A DNA stretch of 38,915 nt from the IMG/VR virus record IMGVR_UViG_2974586480_000001; one strand, given 5' to 3'. Shown piece after piece: positions 16,886-23,111 of this stretch; position 1 is the first letter of the stretch, and every line of letters starts with the position of its first letter. The notes beneath the pieces are model-generated. The model was given only the letters and a program-made list of their open reading frames with translations, was not told the DNA's origin and did no database searches. The translations under genes were made by a program, and so were the position numbers. This DNA is from a virus (Duplodnaviria; Heunggongvirae; Uroviricota; Caudoviricetes).

Positions 16886-16961
16886 TGCGAGTGGGAGGCA
16901 CAGAGCCCTCATGAGTCTCATAAGCTCACACAGACAGGTGCAATACCTGTACTCGCAACCA
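16886..16961 (+). tRNA. tRNA-CAT (Met/fMet/Ile2 unresolved), atypical D- and T-loops
   Basis: TGCGAGT/ACTCGCA, TGAGT-CTCATAA-GCTCA, T-loop TGCAATA, A73-CCA. Confidence 0.75.
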
Positions 16962-16966
16962 ATTAT

Positions 16967-17045
16967 GGGGGATGGGACTGCTTGGAGTGGTCACTACACT
17001 TGCAATGTAGTTAGCAGATGAGTTCGAATCTCATATCCTCCACCA
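16967..17045 (+). tRNA. tRNA-Ala(TGC)
   Basis: G3:U70 pair, CT-TGC-AA, CCA. Confidence 0.92.
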
Positions 17046-17051
17046 ATTTAA

Positions 17052-17143
17052 GGAAGCTTGGCAGAGTCCGGCTTATTGCAGTAGTCTTGAAAACTACCAA
17101 CCCCTAAAAAGGTTCATCCGTTCAAATCGGATAGCTTCCGCCA
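17052..17143 (+). tRNA. tRNA-Ser(TGA)
   Basis: GGAAGCT/AGCTTCC, CT-TGA-AA, long variable arm, G73-CCA. Confidence 0.92.
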
Positions 17144-17150
17144 ATTTAAT

Positions 17151-17221
17151 GCAGGTGAGTCTAGGCGACAAGCTGGCCTCCAAAACCAGTTAACAGGGTT
17201 CGAATCCTTGCATCTGTGCCA
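17151..17221 (+). tRNA. tRNA-Trp(CCA), short D-arm
   Basis: GCAGGTG/CATCTGT, CT-CCA-AA, TTCGAAT, G73-CCA; only 71 nt. Confidence 0.8.
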
Positions 17222-17259
17222 ATTTTGCAAAGCAAAATCAATTGCTTTCATCAATTAAT

Positions 17260-17334
17260 GCTTCGATAGCTCAGTGGTAGAGCAAACTCTTGATAAGGGT
17301 TAGGTCGATGGTTCAAGCCCATCTCGGAGTACCA
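17260..17334 (+). tRNA. tRNA-Ile(GAT)
   Basis: Canonical cloverleaf, TT-GAT-AA, CCA. Confidence 0.93.
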
Positions 17335-17340
17335 TTTTAT

Positions 17341-17420
17341 GCTTTAGTTTCTGGATAGCTACCAGTATGGAACATAGGGAGTCATGACTCTGGCAGGTTC
17401 GAATCCTGCACTAAGGCACT
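17341..17420 (+). ncRNA. tRNA-like RNA without a normal anticodon arm
   Basis: GCTTTAG/CTAAGGC acceptor and GCAGG-TTCGAAT-CCTGC T-arm, three short internal hairpins, no CCA. Confidence 0.6.
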
Positions 17421-17426
17421 TATTTA

Positions 17427-17501
17427 GGGAATGTAGCTGAAATGGATTAGTATCTGGTTGAAGCCCAGAAGATGTTGGATCGTTACCAACCATTCCCACC
17501 A
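17427..17501 (+). tRNA. tRNA-Phe(GAA)
   Basis: GGGAATG/CATTCCC, TCTGG-TTGAAGC-CCAGA, T-loop ATCGTTA, CCA. Confidence 0.88.
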
Positions 17502-17505
17502 ATTC

Positions 17506-17592
17506 GGATGTAATGAGCAATGTGGTTAGCTTCAGCGGTCTGTAAAACCGTGCTCTCAGGGCCTCTAGGTTCGATTCCTAGTACATCCACCA
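17506..17592 (+). tRNA. tRNA-Tyr(GTA)
   Basis: GGATGTA/TACATCC, CT-GTA-AA, long variable arm, CCA. Confidence 0.92.
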
Positions 17593-17599
17593 GTTTTAA

Positions 17600-17674
17600 G
17601 CTCCTATCGACTAATGGTTAGGTCATCAGACTTTCAATCTGAAAATACGAGTTCGAGCCTCGTTAGGAGTACCA
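17600..17674 (+). tRNA. tRNA-Glu(TTC)
   Basis: GCTCCTA/TAGGAGT, CT-TTC-AA, CCA. Confidence 0.92.
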
Positions 17675-17679
17675 AATAT

Positions 17680-17764
17680 GGAAGATTCGCATAATGGTAT
17701 TGCAGCAGATTGCTAATCTGTAGTCCGAAAGGTCTTAGGTGTTCGACCCACCTATCTTCCGCCA
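17680..17764 (+). tRNA. tRNA-Ser(GCT)
   Basis: GGAAGAT/ATCTTCC, TT-GCT-AA, variable arm, G73-CCA. Confidence 0.92.
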
Positions 17765-17779
17765 AATAAGAGAATAGTC

Positions 17780-17953
17780 ATGGAAAAATTGCTTCGTAAT
17801 AAAAAGAAGTTTGACAAGAAAACTTTTGAAGTCTGCCCTATCCATGGTCGTAAATGTGGAATAGTTAATGAGTTCCACCATGACTTCTTTTCTAGAGCTA
17901 GAGAAAAAACTCAGTACAAGAAAGAAATTGTAGACCAAATGGAGGCATCATGA
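17780..17953 (+). CDS. Small hypothetical protein inside the tRNA array (57 aa, not in ORF track)
   Basis: Manual translation MEKLLRNKKK..VCPIHGRKCG..HHDFF..; coupled by ATGA to the next ORF. Confidence 0.5.
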   Translation: MEKLLRNKKKFDKKTFEVCPIHGRKCGIVNEFHHDFFSRAREKTQYKKEIVDQMEAS

Positions 17954-18042
17954 AGATTGTCAGAGTAAAGAGATACCCTTACACTTGCAACGTATGTGGC
18001 AATGATTATGATGATTGCTACTGTGGTTTCTTGTGTAAATAA
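17950..18042 (+). CDS. Cys-rich micro-protein (30 aa, not in ORF track)
   Basis: SD GGAGG at 17941; MKIVRVKRYPYTCNVCGNDYDDCYCGFLCK. Confidence 0.45.
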   Translation: MKIVRVKRYPYTCNVCGNDYDDCYCGFLCK

Positions 18043-18051
18043 AAATTAAAT

Positions 18052-18135
18052 GCAGGTATGGTGAAATCGGTATACACAGAAGACTTAAAATCTTCCGCCT
18101 CTGGCATGTCGGTTCGAGTCCGACTACCTGTACCA
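18052..18135 (+). tRNA. tRNA-Leu(TAA)
   Basis: GCAGGTA/TACCTGT, CT-TAA-AA, variable arm, CCA. Confidence 0.92.
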
Positions 18136-18140
18136 GAATT

Positions 18141-18247
18141 AAGAATCCGTTCAGCAACACCCAAAATTACTCTTAAATAATGTATATAATAGGGCTCATC
18201 TGGTGATAGGTAAAATTATCATTGAAGGATGTTAAAAGGATTCTGTT
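18141..18247 (+). ncRNA. Candidate structured RNA between two tRNA-Leu genes
   Basis: AGAATCC/GGATTCT closing stem, AACACCC/GGATGTT second stem, GGTGATAG/TTATCATT hairpin. Confidence 0.45.
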
Positions 18248-18255
18248 TAAATTAT

Positions 18256-18332
18256 GCGATTGTGACGGAATAGGCATACGTACTTGCCTTAGAAGCAAGG
18301 TTCTGTGGGTTCGACTCCCACCTATCGCACCA
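18256..18332 (+). tRNA. tRNA-Leu(TAG), short variable region
   Basis: CTTGC-CTTAGAA-GCAAG, TTCGACT, CCA. Confidence 0.88.
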
Positions 18333-18372
18333 AATTTGTAAAGCAAATAACTATTGCTTTCAGCAATTCAAT

Positions 18373-18448
18373 TGGGGTATAGTGTAATTGGTTAGCACTA
18401 GAGACTTTGACTCTCTCAGTTCCAGTTCAAGTCTGGATACCCCTTCCA
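18373..18448 (+). tRNA. tRNA-Gln(TTG)
   Basis: TGGGGTA/TACCCCT, CT-TTG-AC, CCA. Confidence 0.9.
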
Positions 18449-18455
18449 TTTTTAA

Positions 18456-18531
18456 GCTCCCTTAGTCTAGTGGATCAGGCATCGGTCTTCTAAACCGATT
18501 AACGTAGGTTCGAATCCTACAGGGAGTGCCA
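18456..18531 (+). tRNA. tRNA-Arg(TCT)
   Basis: GCTCCCT/AGGGAGT, CT-TCT-AA, CCA. Confidence 0.92.
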
Positions 18532-18547
18532 ATTTATAGGTTCTTTT

Positions 18548-18667
18548 ATGTTAAAAGATCTTGCAATAACTTTATTAGTCGTAGTACCAGCAGCAATTGT
18601 TATAGGGGTTCCTTTAGTAAAAGGATATCTATGGTTGTTTGGTGTTATGATGAATTTTATGTATTAA
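18548..18667 (+). CDS. Hydrophobic micro-protein (39 aa, not in ORF track)
   Basis: MLKDLAITLLVVVPAAIVIGVPLVKGYLWLFGVMMNFMY; AGGT upstream. Confidence 0.45.
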   Translation: MLKDLAITLLVVVPAAIVIGVPLVKGYLWLFGVMMNFMY

Positions 18668-18668
18668 T

Positions 18669-18744
18669 GCGTCGTTAGCTTAGTTGGTAGAGCATCGGAC
18701 TTTTAATCCGAGGGTCACTGGTTCAAAACCAGTACGGCGTACCA
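18669..18744 (+). tRNA. tRNA-Lys(TTT)
   Basis: GCGTCGT/ACGGCGT, CT-TTT-AA, CCA. Confidence 0.93.
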
Positions 18745-18745
18745 A

Positions 18746-18821
18746 GCCTCAATAGCTCAGTTGGCAGAGCAGCTCACTTGTAATGAGCAGGTCGTGGGTT
18801 CGAAACCTACTTGGGGCACCA
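18746..18821 (+). tRNA. tRNA-Thr(TGT)
   Basis: GCCTCAA/TTGGGGC, CT-TGT-AA, CCA. Confidence 0.93.
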
Positions 18822-18827
18822 TTTCAT

Positions 18828-18860
18828 AAGGCTGTAGTAGCAATACTACGGCCTTTTTTA
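18828..18860 (+). terminator. Intrinsic terminator closing the tRNA array
   Basis: AGGCTGTAGTA-GCAA-TACTACGGCCT followed by a T-tract. Confidence 0.8.
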
Positions 18861-18871
18861 TTGGAGTTTGC

Positions 18872-19117
18872 ATGAGTAAACGTAGTGAAGTGATAAAATA
18901 CTTGATTGATTTGTTAGAGGATGCCAAACCGGAGTATCGGGAACATGATGAGACTTCTGATGAACATTTAAAATGGATGTTGCTTTCAGTTTTGTCAAAT
19001 GATTCAATCCCACAAATGAATCGTTGGTTGGGTTTTGTTCAAGGTGTACTTGTTACTAAGGATTATATTACCGTAGCAGAGCTTCGGGAAATATCTAGAG
19101 GTATTGATAATGGTTAA
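18872..19117 (+). CDS. Hypothetical protein (81 aa)
   Basis: SD GGAG; HLKWML..RWLGFVQG pattern. Confidence 0.65.
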   Translation: MSKRSEVIKYLIDLLEDAKPEYREHDETSDEHLKWMLLSVLSNDSIPQMNRWLGFVQGVLVTKDYITVAELREISRGIDNG

Positions 19118-19313
19118 ACATGAAAAACTGAGTGCCATGCAATGGTATGAATCTGAAAAGGTTGGAGAATTTAAATCCCCTATTCCAATAAGTGTTCTCC
19201 CTAATTATTTGGGGATTAACCCATGTGGAGTTGATTCAATTCAATGGGTTAAACAATCCGAAGATAACCAATTGATCAGTTTAACTATAAACTTTAAACC
19301 AAGTAAAGGTTAA
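19110..19313 (+). CDS. Hypothetical protein
   Basis: GAGG upstream; packed ORF. Confidence 0.5.
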   Translation: MVKHEKLSAMQWYESEKVGEFKSPIPISVLPNYLGINPCGVDSIQWVKQSEDNQLISLTINFKPSKG

Positions 19314-19317
19314 TTAT

Positions 19318-19755
19318 GTGATAAAAGCAATATCTAATTTCAGGGGTAAATTTGGGTTTCTTTCAAACTTCCATGATTGCAAAATCACAATGGATGAGCT
19401 TACTTTTGAATCCGCAGAAGCTGCATTTCAAGGATTAAAAGATCCTGAAAGACTTCATGAATTCCAGTTGGTATCAGCTAGTGAGTCTAAAAAGCTTGGA
19501 AGAAAGGTTTCTTTAAGAAGTGACTGGGATGAGGTAAAAGATGACATCATGCGCAAAGTTTTGCGTCTGAAGTTTTATCAAAACCCAGACCTTCTAAGAA
19601 AACTAAAAGGTACTGGTAGTTGTGTGCTCATTGAGGGAAATACTTGGCATGACAACTATTGGGGGATTTGCACTTGTGAAAAGTGTGAAAAAATACAAGG
19701 AAAGAATGTCCTTGGAAAACTTTTAATGGAGTTACGTAATGAAGTATCATGTTAG
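19318..19755 (+). CDS. NADAR (YbiA/DUF1768) family hydrolase
   Basis: FLSNF, SAEAAFQ, KKLGR, DWDEVK, KFYQNPDL, LIEGNTWHDNYWG. Confidence 0.88.
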   Translation: MIKAISNFRGKFGFLSNFHDCKITMDELTFESAEAAFQGLKDPERLHEFQLVSASESKKLGRKVSLRSDWDEVKDDIMRKVLRLKFYQNPDLLRKLKGTGSCVLIEGNTWHDNYWGICTCEKCEKIQGKNVLGKLLMELRNEVSC

Positions 19756-19908
19756 AACAAACATGGATAACACAATTTTAGAAGCACACAACTTTCAAAT
19801 AGAAGGTAACATGCTTGTGTTTCGAGATGTAAAAGGTATTGCAGTGGCAGCCGTTCCAGCTCAGACTGTACGAGATATAATGGCATTTAATGCAATAGTG
19901 ACACGATA

Positions 19909-20163
19909 ATGGCTAAAGTAAATCTTCAAGAAGAACTCCTAAGAGTTCAAGTAGAGCTTTTGAAAATTGAGCTAGAAGAACGAAAGTTCCGGTTGGATCA
20001 AGAAAAAAAGAAAGCTTCGAATAAATTATTTGATGAAATTATAAAACCATCAAATATATATCCAAGGGTTATGTTTCCTGGAACTGTGCAAGAACACACC
20101 TACCCAGATAAATGGCTACTAGATACTGGCCCAATTTCTATGATTAATTGTAAGGATTACTAA
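19909..20163 (+). CDS. Hypothetical protein with N-terminal coiled coil
   Basis: ORF track; heptad-like Leu/Glu/Lys N-terminus. Confidence 0.5.
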   Translation: MAKVNLQEELLRVQVELLKIELEERKFRLDQEKKKASNKLFDEIIKPSNIYPRVMFPGTVQEHTYPDKWLLDTGPISMINCKDY

Positions 20164-20165
20164 TT

Positions 20166-20336
20166 ATGAACGCTTATAATGAACGCAAGAGACGTGAAGA
20201 AGAGGAGCGACGTCGTCGTTCTAACTCCAGTTCCAGTTACACATCCTATTCCGATTCAAGTGGTTGGAGTTATGATTCTGGTTCTTCTTATGATTCTGGA
20301 TCATGTGATTCAGGTTCATCATCCTCTTGTGATTAA
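20166..20336 (+). CDS. Small R/E-rich plus Ser/Asp/Gly-rich protein (56 aa, not in ORF track)
   Basis: Manual translation MNAYNERKRREEEERRRRSNSSSS..YDSGSSYDSGSCDSGSSSSCD; AAGGA upstream. Confidence 0.55.
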   Translation: MNAYNERKRREEEERRRRSNSSSSYTSYSDSSGWSYDSGSSYDSGSCDSGSSSSCD

Positions 20337-20390
20337 TCACTGAGACTAAACTGAGTTATTTTTATTTTATTAAATTGAGGTATTATACAC

Positions 20391-21125
20391 ATGGCTAAAA
20401 TTCCAAGCGCACCGAAAGCATCTAAGTTCCCGAAAGTAATCTATGACGTACTTGAGGATGGCGATTACCCTGCTCGTATTGTTCGATACGTTGGACTGGG
20501 TACTCAAGACCAACCAGAATTCCAAGGTCAGAAGAAAGACCCTGCATTTAAATGCTCTTTCGCTTTCGAGTTGATTGATACAGATGCAACTGGTGTTGAT
20601 GAGGATGGAAACCGTATTGACCCGCGTCCAGCATGTCAGTTCGGAGACTTCTACCTGTTCCCAGGTGCTCAACGTGGTAAGGTTTACGAACTTTGCCGTG
20701 TACTTGACCCTACCATTGAGCGTGTACCGGATGACCAAAACTGGTTCATTGAGCGTCTAGGTTCAATTGTCAACGTAGAAGTAGGTCACTACAAGACCAA
20801 AGCAGGTGACATTCGTAATAAGATCACTAAGATCGGTTCAGTACCGACTCGATTCAAGAGTCAGGTTGGTGAAGCTCGACTGGATCTTGTAGGGTTTGAC
20901 CCGTACGAAGATACACCGGATATGTTCCAAGCTTACAGCAAGCTTTTCAAGTTTCAACGAGATATTCTCGCTGAAGCCTATGATGCTGAGAACATCCCAT
21001 TCGCAGGAAAAGAACCTGCAAAACAAGATGAACAAAAGGAGAATGCTTCTAATTCACCTTCTACTAATACCAGTCGTGCAACCACAACTGATTCAGTAGA
21101 AGAAGATGATGACGCACCCTTCTAA
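20391..21125 (+). CDS. Probable single-stranded DNA-binding protein
   Basis: Beta-rich core (GDYPARIV..GLGTQ), disordered linker, acidic aromatic tip EEDDDAPF; SD GAGGT. Confidence 0.65.
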   Translation: MAKIPSAPKASKFPKVIYDVLEDGDYPARIVRYVGLGTQDQPEFQGQKKDPAFKCSFAFELIDTDATGVDEDGNRIDPRPACQFGDFYLFPGAQRGKVYELCRVLDPTIERVPDDQNWFIERLGSIVNVEVGHYKTKAGDIRNKITKIGSVPTRFKSQVGEARLDLVGFDPYEDTPDMFQAYSKLFKFQRDILAEAYDAENIPFAGKEPAKQDEQKENASNSPSTNTSRATTTDSVEEDDDAPF

Positions 21126-21128
21126 TAT

Positions 21129-21152
21129 AAGGGGCCTAGTGCCCCTTTTCTT
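21129..21152 (+). terminator. Probable intrinsic terminator
   Basis: AAGGGGC-CTAGT-GCCCCTT followed by TTCTT. Confidence 0.7.
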
Positions 21153-21188
21153 GTCTATATAACAGTACACCAGCAGTAGGGAGTTTAA

Positions 21189-21761
21189 ATGGCAAGACGT
21201 GTATCACTAAGACCACCAAAGCGTCAAGAGTATACATTTGAAGAATTGTATGATGAATACTGGCAACAACTACACACTCAATTCTATTCACTGGAAAAAG
21301 ACTTCCAATTAGCAGAAGATTTGGCTCAAGAATCAATGCTAAGGGTGTGGCAGTATTGGGATCGTATTCAATGGGATAAGCTCTCAGGAGCTATAGGAAC
21401 GATTGCAAACAATGTCCGGTTCGGTTATATGCGTAAGTACCTGAATCGTGTTGATACGCAATCCTACGATGAAACAGATGGTATTTTTGAGTTTGAATGT
21501 CATGACAATGGCATTACAGACCCTATGAGACAGATGCTACAAAATGAAGCTTCTGACCATGTGGAAAAAGCTCTTAAAAGGTTGACTGACGAAGAGATGT
21601 CACTATTCAGTGATATGTATCTTCGTAACTTTGATATCAAAGACCTTACTATCAAATACAAGATGTCTAAAACAAACGTTTATGTGAGACTGCACAGAGT
21701 TCGTGTTAAGATGCTAAGTTACTTGCAAAATCGCGGTATTGACTATTGTTTTGAGGGGTAA
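21189..21761 (+). CDS. ECF-like RNA polymerase sigma factor
   Basis: Region 2-like AEDLAQESMLRVWQ and region 4 HTH-like LTDEE..IKDL..SKTNVYVRLHR; 190 aa. Confidence 0.75.
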   Translation: MARRVSLRPPKRQEYTFEELYDEYWQQLHTQFYSLEKDFQLAEDLAQESMLRVWQYWDRIQWDKLSGAIGTIANNVRFGYMRKYLNRVDTQSYDETDGIFEFECHDNGITDPMRQMLQNEASDHVEKALKRLTDEEMSLFSDMYLRNFDIKDLTIKYKMSKTNVYVRLHRVRVKMLSYLQNRGIDYCFEG

Positions 21762-21979
21762 TGATGCAAAGAGATTCAGAAACAAAATTGATTTACAATG
21801 GGCAGTATTATGACTGCCTTTTTAACGGTGTCATGTATGTCATACGAAATAAGTTACTAGAGCATGATGAAGTTTTCTCCGAAACGATGACAACCGCCAT
21901 TACTCAGTGTAAAGCGCTAAACCAAATCACTTCAGATTTACAGAATGCTGATGACCCAAGGTTGGTGCTATGGGATTAA
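21761..21979 (+). CDS. Hypothetical protein (72 aa)
   Basis: Coupled ORF. Confidence 0.55.
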   Translation: MMQRDSETKLIYNGQYYDCLFNGVMYVIRNKLLEHDEVFSETMTTAITQCKALNQITSDLQNADDPRLVLWD

Positions 21980-22866
21980 AAGCATTAATAGATTGTGACA
22001 TTTTTCGATACGAACAAGGTTCTGTTACCATGAACCATCCTCTAAAAATAACAGATGAAGATGGTTACATTGTAAAAGTTCCAGCAACAAAGCGGAAGAT
22101 AGAAAGCCTTGTAAAGGCTAAGATTGATGAGATTATCAGTGCCACAGGAGCAGAAGATTATATCTGTGTTCTTTCTGGAACTGGTAACTTTAGAAATGAC
22201 ATCGCCAAACAACAACCTTATAAAGGTAATCGTGACCCAAATCTAAGTCGACCTCATCACTATGAGACAGTTGGTAATTATATAGTGTCCACTTACAACA
22301 ACATAGTTGTAGATGGAATAGAGGCCGATGATTGGTTAGGTATTGAGCAGAGAAAAGATTTAACATCAACTATAATCTGTTCAAGGGATAAGGATTTAGG
22401 AACTGTTCCAGGTTGGCACTATCGTTGGCAATGCGGAACATCTCAACCTGAAAGACCAAACCATTACATATCCGACTTTGAAGCTGTAAAGTTCTTCATG
22501 TTTCAAATGTTAATAGGAGATCATACTGACAATATACCAGGTTGTGGTAAAAAACAACTTGTGAAATGGGGTAAAGAGCCTGACGGATCTCCAAGAATGG
22601 TAGAGCGTAGGAAAGGTGTTGGTGAGGGTGCTGCAAAAAAGATTCTGGATAAATGCAGCACTGTTCAAGAAATGTATGATGCCATTTTGGAAGAGTACAA
22701 AGTTGTTTTCCCTGACAATTATGAAGAAGTTATGCTGGAAAATGCTCGACTCCTCTATATAGGGCAAACACCTGATAATTTATTTGAATGGAATTGGTTA
22801 GATTTTTCATGTAAGTCAGAATGGTATTCTGAACTTAAAGAAGAACACCAAGAAAAAGAGGAGTAA
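21970..22866 (+). CDS. 5'-3' exonuclease (T7 gp6/FEN-like)
   Basis: LIDCD, NFR..YKGNR, EADD, SRDKDL, GDHTDNIPG. Confidence 0.92.
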   Translation: MGLKALIDCDIFRYEQGSVTMNHPLKITDEDGYIVKVPATKRKIESLVKAKIDEIISATGAEDYICVLSGTGNFRNDIAKQQPYKGNRDPNLSRPHHYETVGNYIVSTYNNIVVDGIEADDWLGIEQRKDLTSTIICSRDKDLGTVPGWHYRWQCGTSQPERPNHYISDFEAVKFFMFQMLIGDHTDNIPGCGKKQLVKWGKEPDGSPRMVERRKGVGEGAAKKILDKCSTVQEMYDAILEEYKVVFPDNYEEVMLENARLLYIGQTPDNLFEWNWLDFSCKSEWYSELKEEHQEKEE

Positions 22867-22869
22867 TTA

Positions 22870-23106
22870 ATGTCATCTTTTTATGAAGTACGTTTGTCTG
22901 ATTCACAGGATGCGATCTTTATTAATATAGACGCAGTACCTGAGTTTGCTGTATATGAAGACTTTATCGAATATAAGGGGTTGAAACTAAATCGTGGTGA
23001 TTTTGTAGATGCTCTTGTTAATAGTGAGTCGATTGTAAAATCACTGACCCCAGAGGCTCGTGGTCTGGTCGAAGAAAACTCTGAAGAAGTTTCTGAAAAA
23101 GAATAA
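22870..23106 (+). CDS. Hypothetical protein (78 aa)
   Basis: GAGGAG upstream. Confidence 0.55.
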   Translation: MSSFYEVRLSDSQDAIFINIDAVPEFAVYEDFIEYKGLKLNRGDFVDALVNSESIVKSLTPEARGLVEENSEEVSEKE

Positions 23107-23111
23107 AAAAT

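Noticed and set aside
16721-17014. 97-aa + strand ORF
   Set aside because: Overlaps tRNA-Asp, tRNA-CAT, tRNA-Ala and the structured element; a chance open frame.
17735-18160. Two - strand ORFs (67 and 66 aa) in the tRNA array
   Set aside because: Antisense to tRNA-Ser, tRNA-Leu and the better-supported + strand micro-ORFs.
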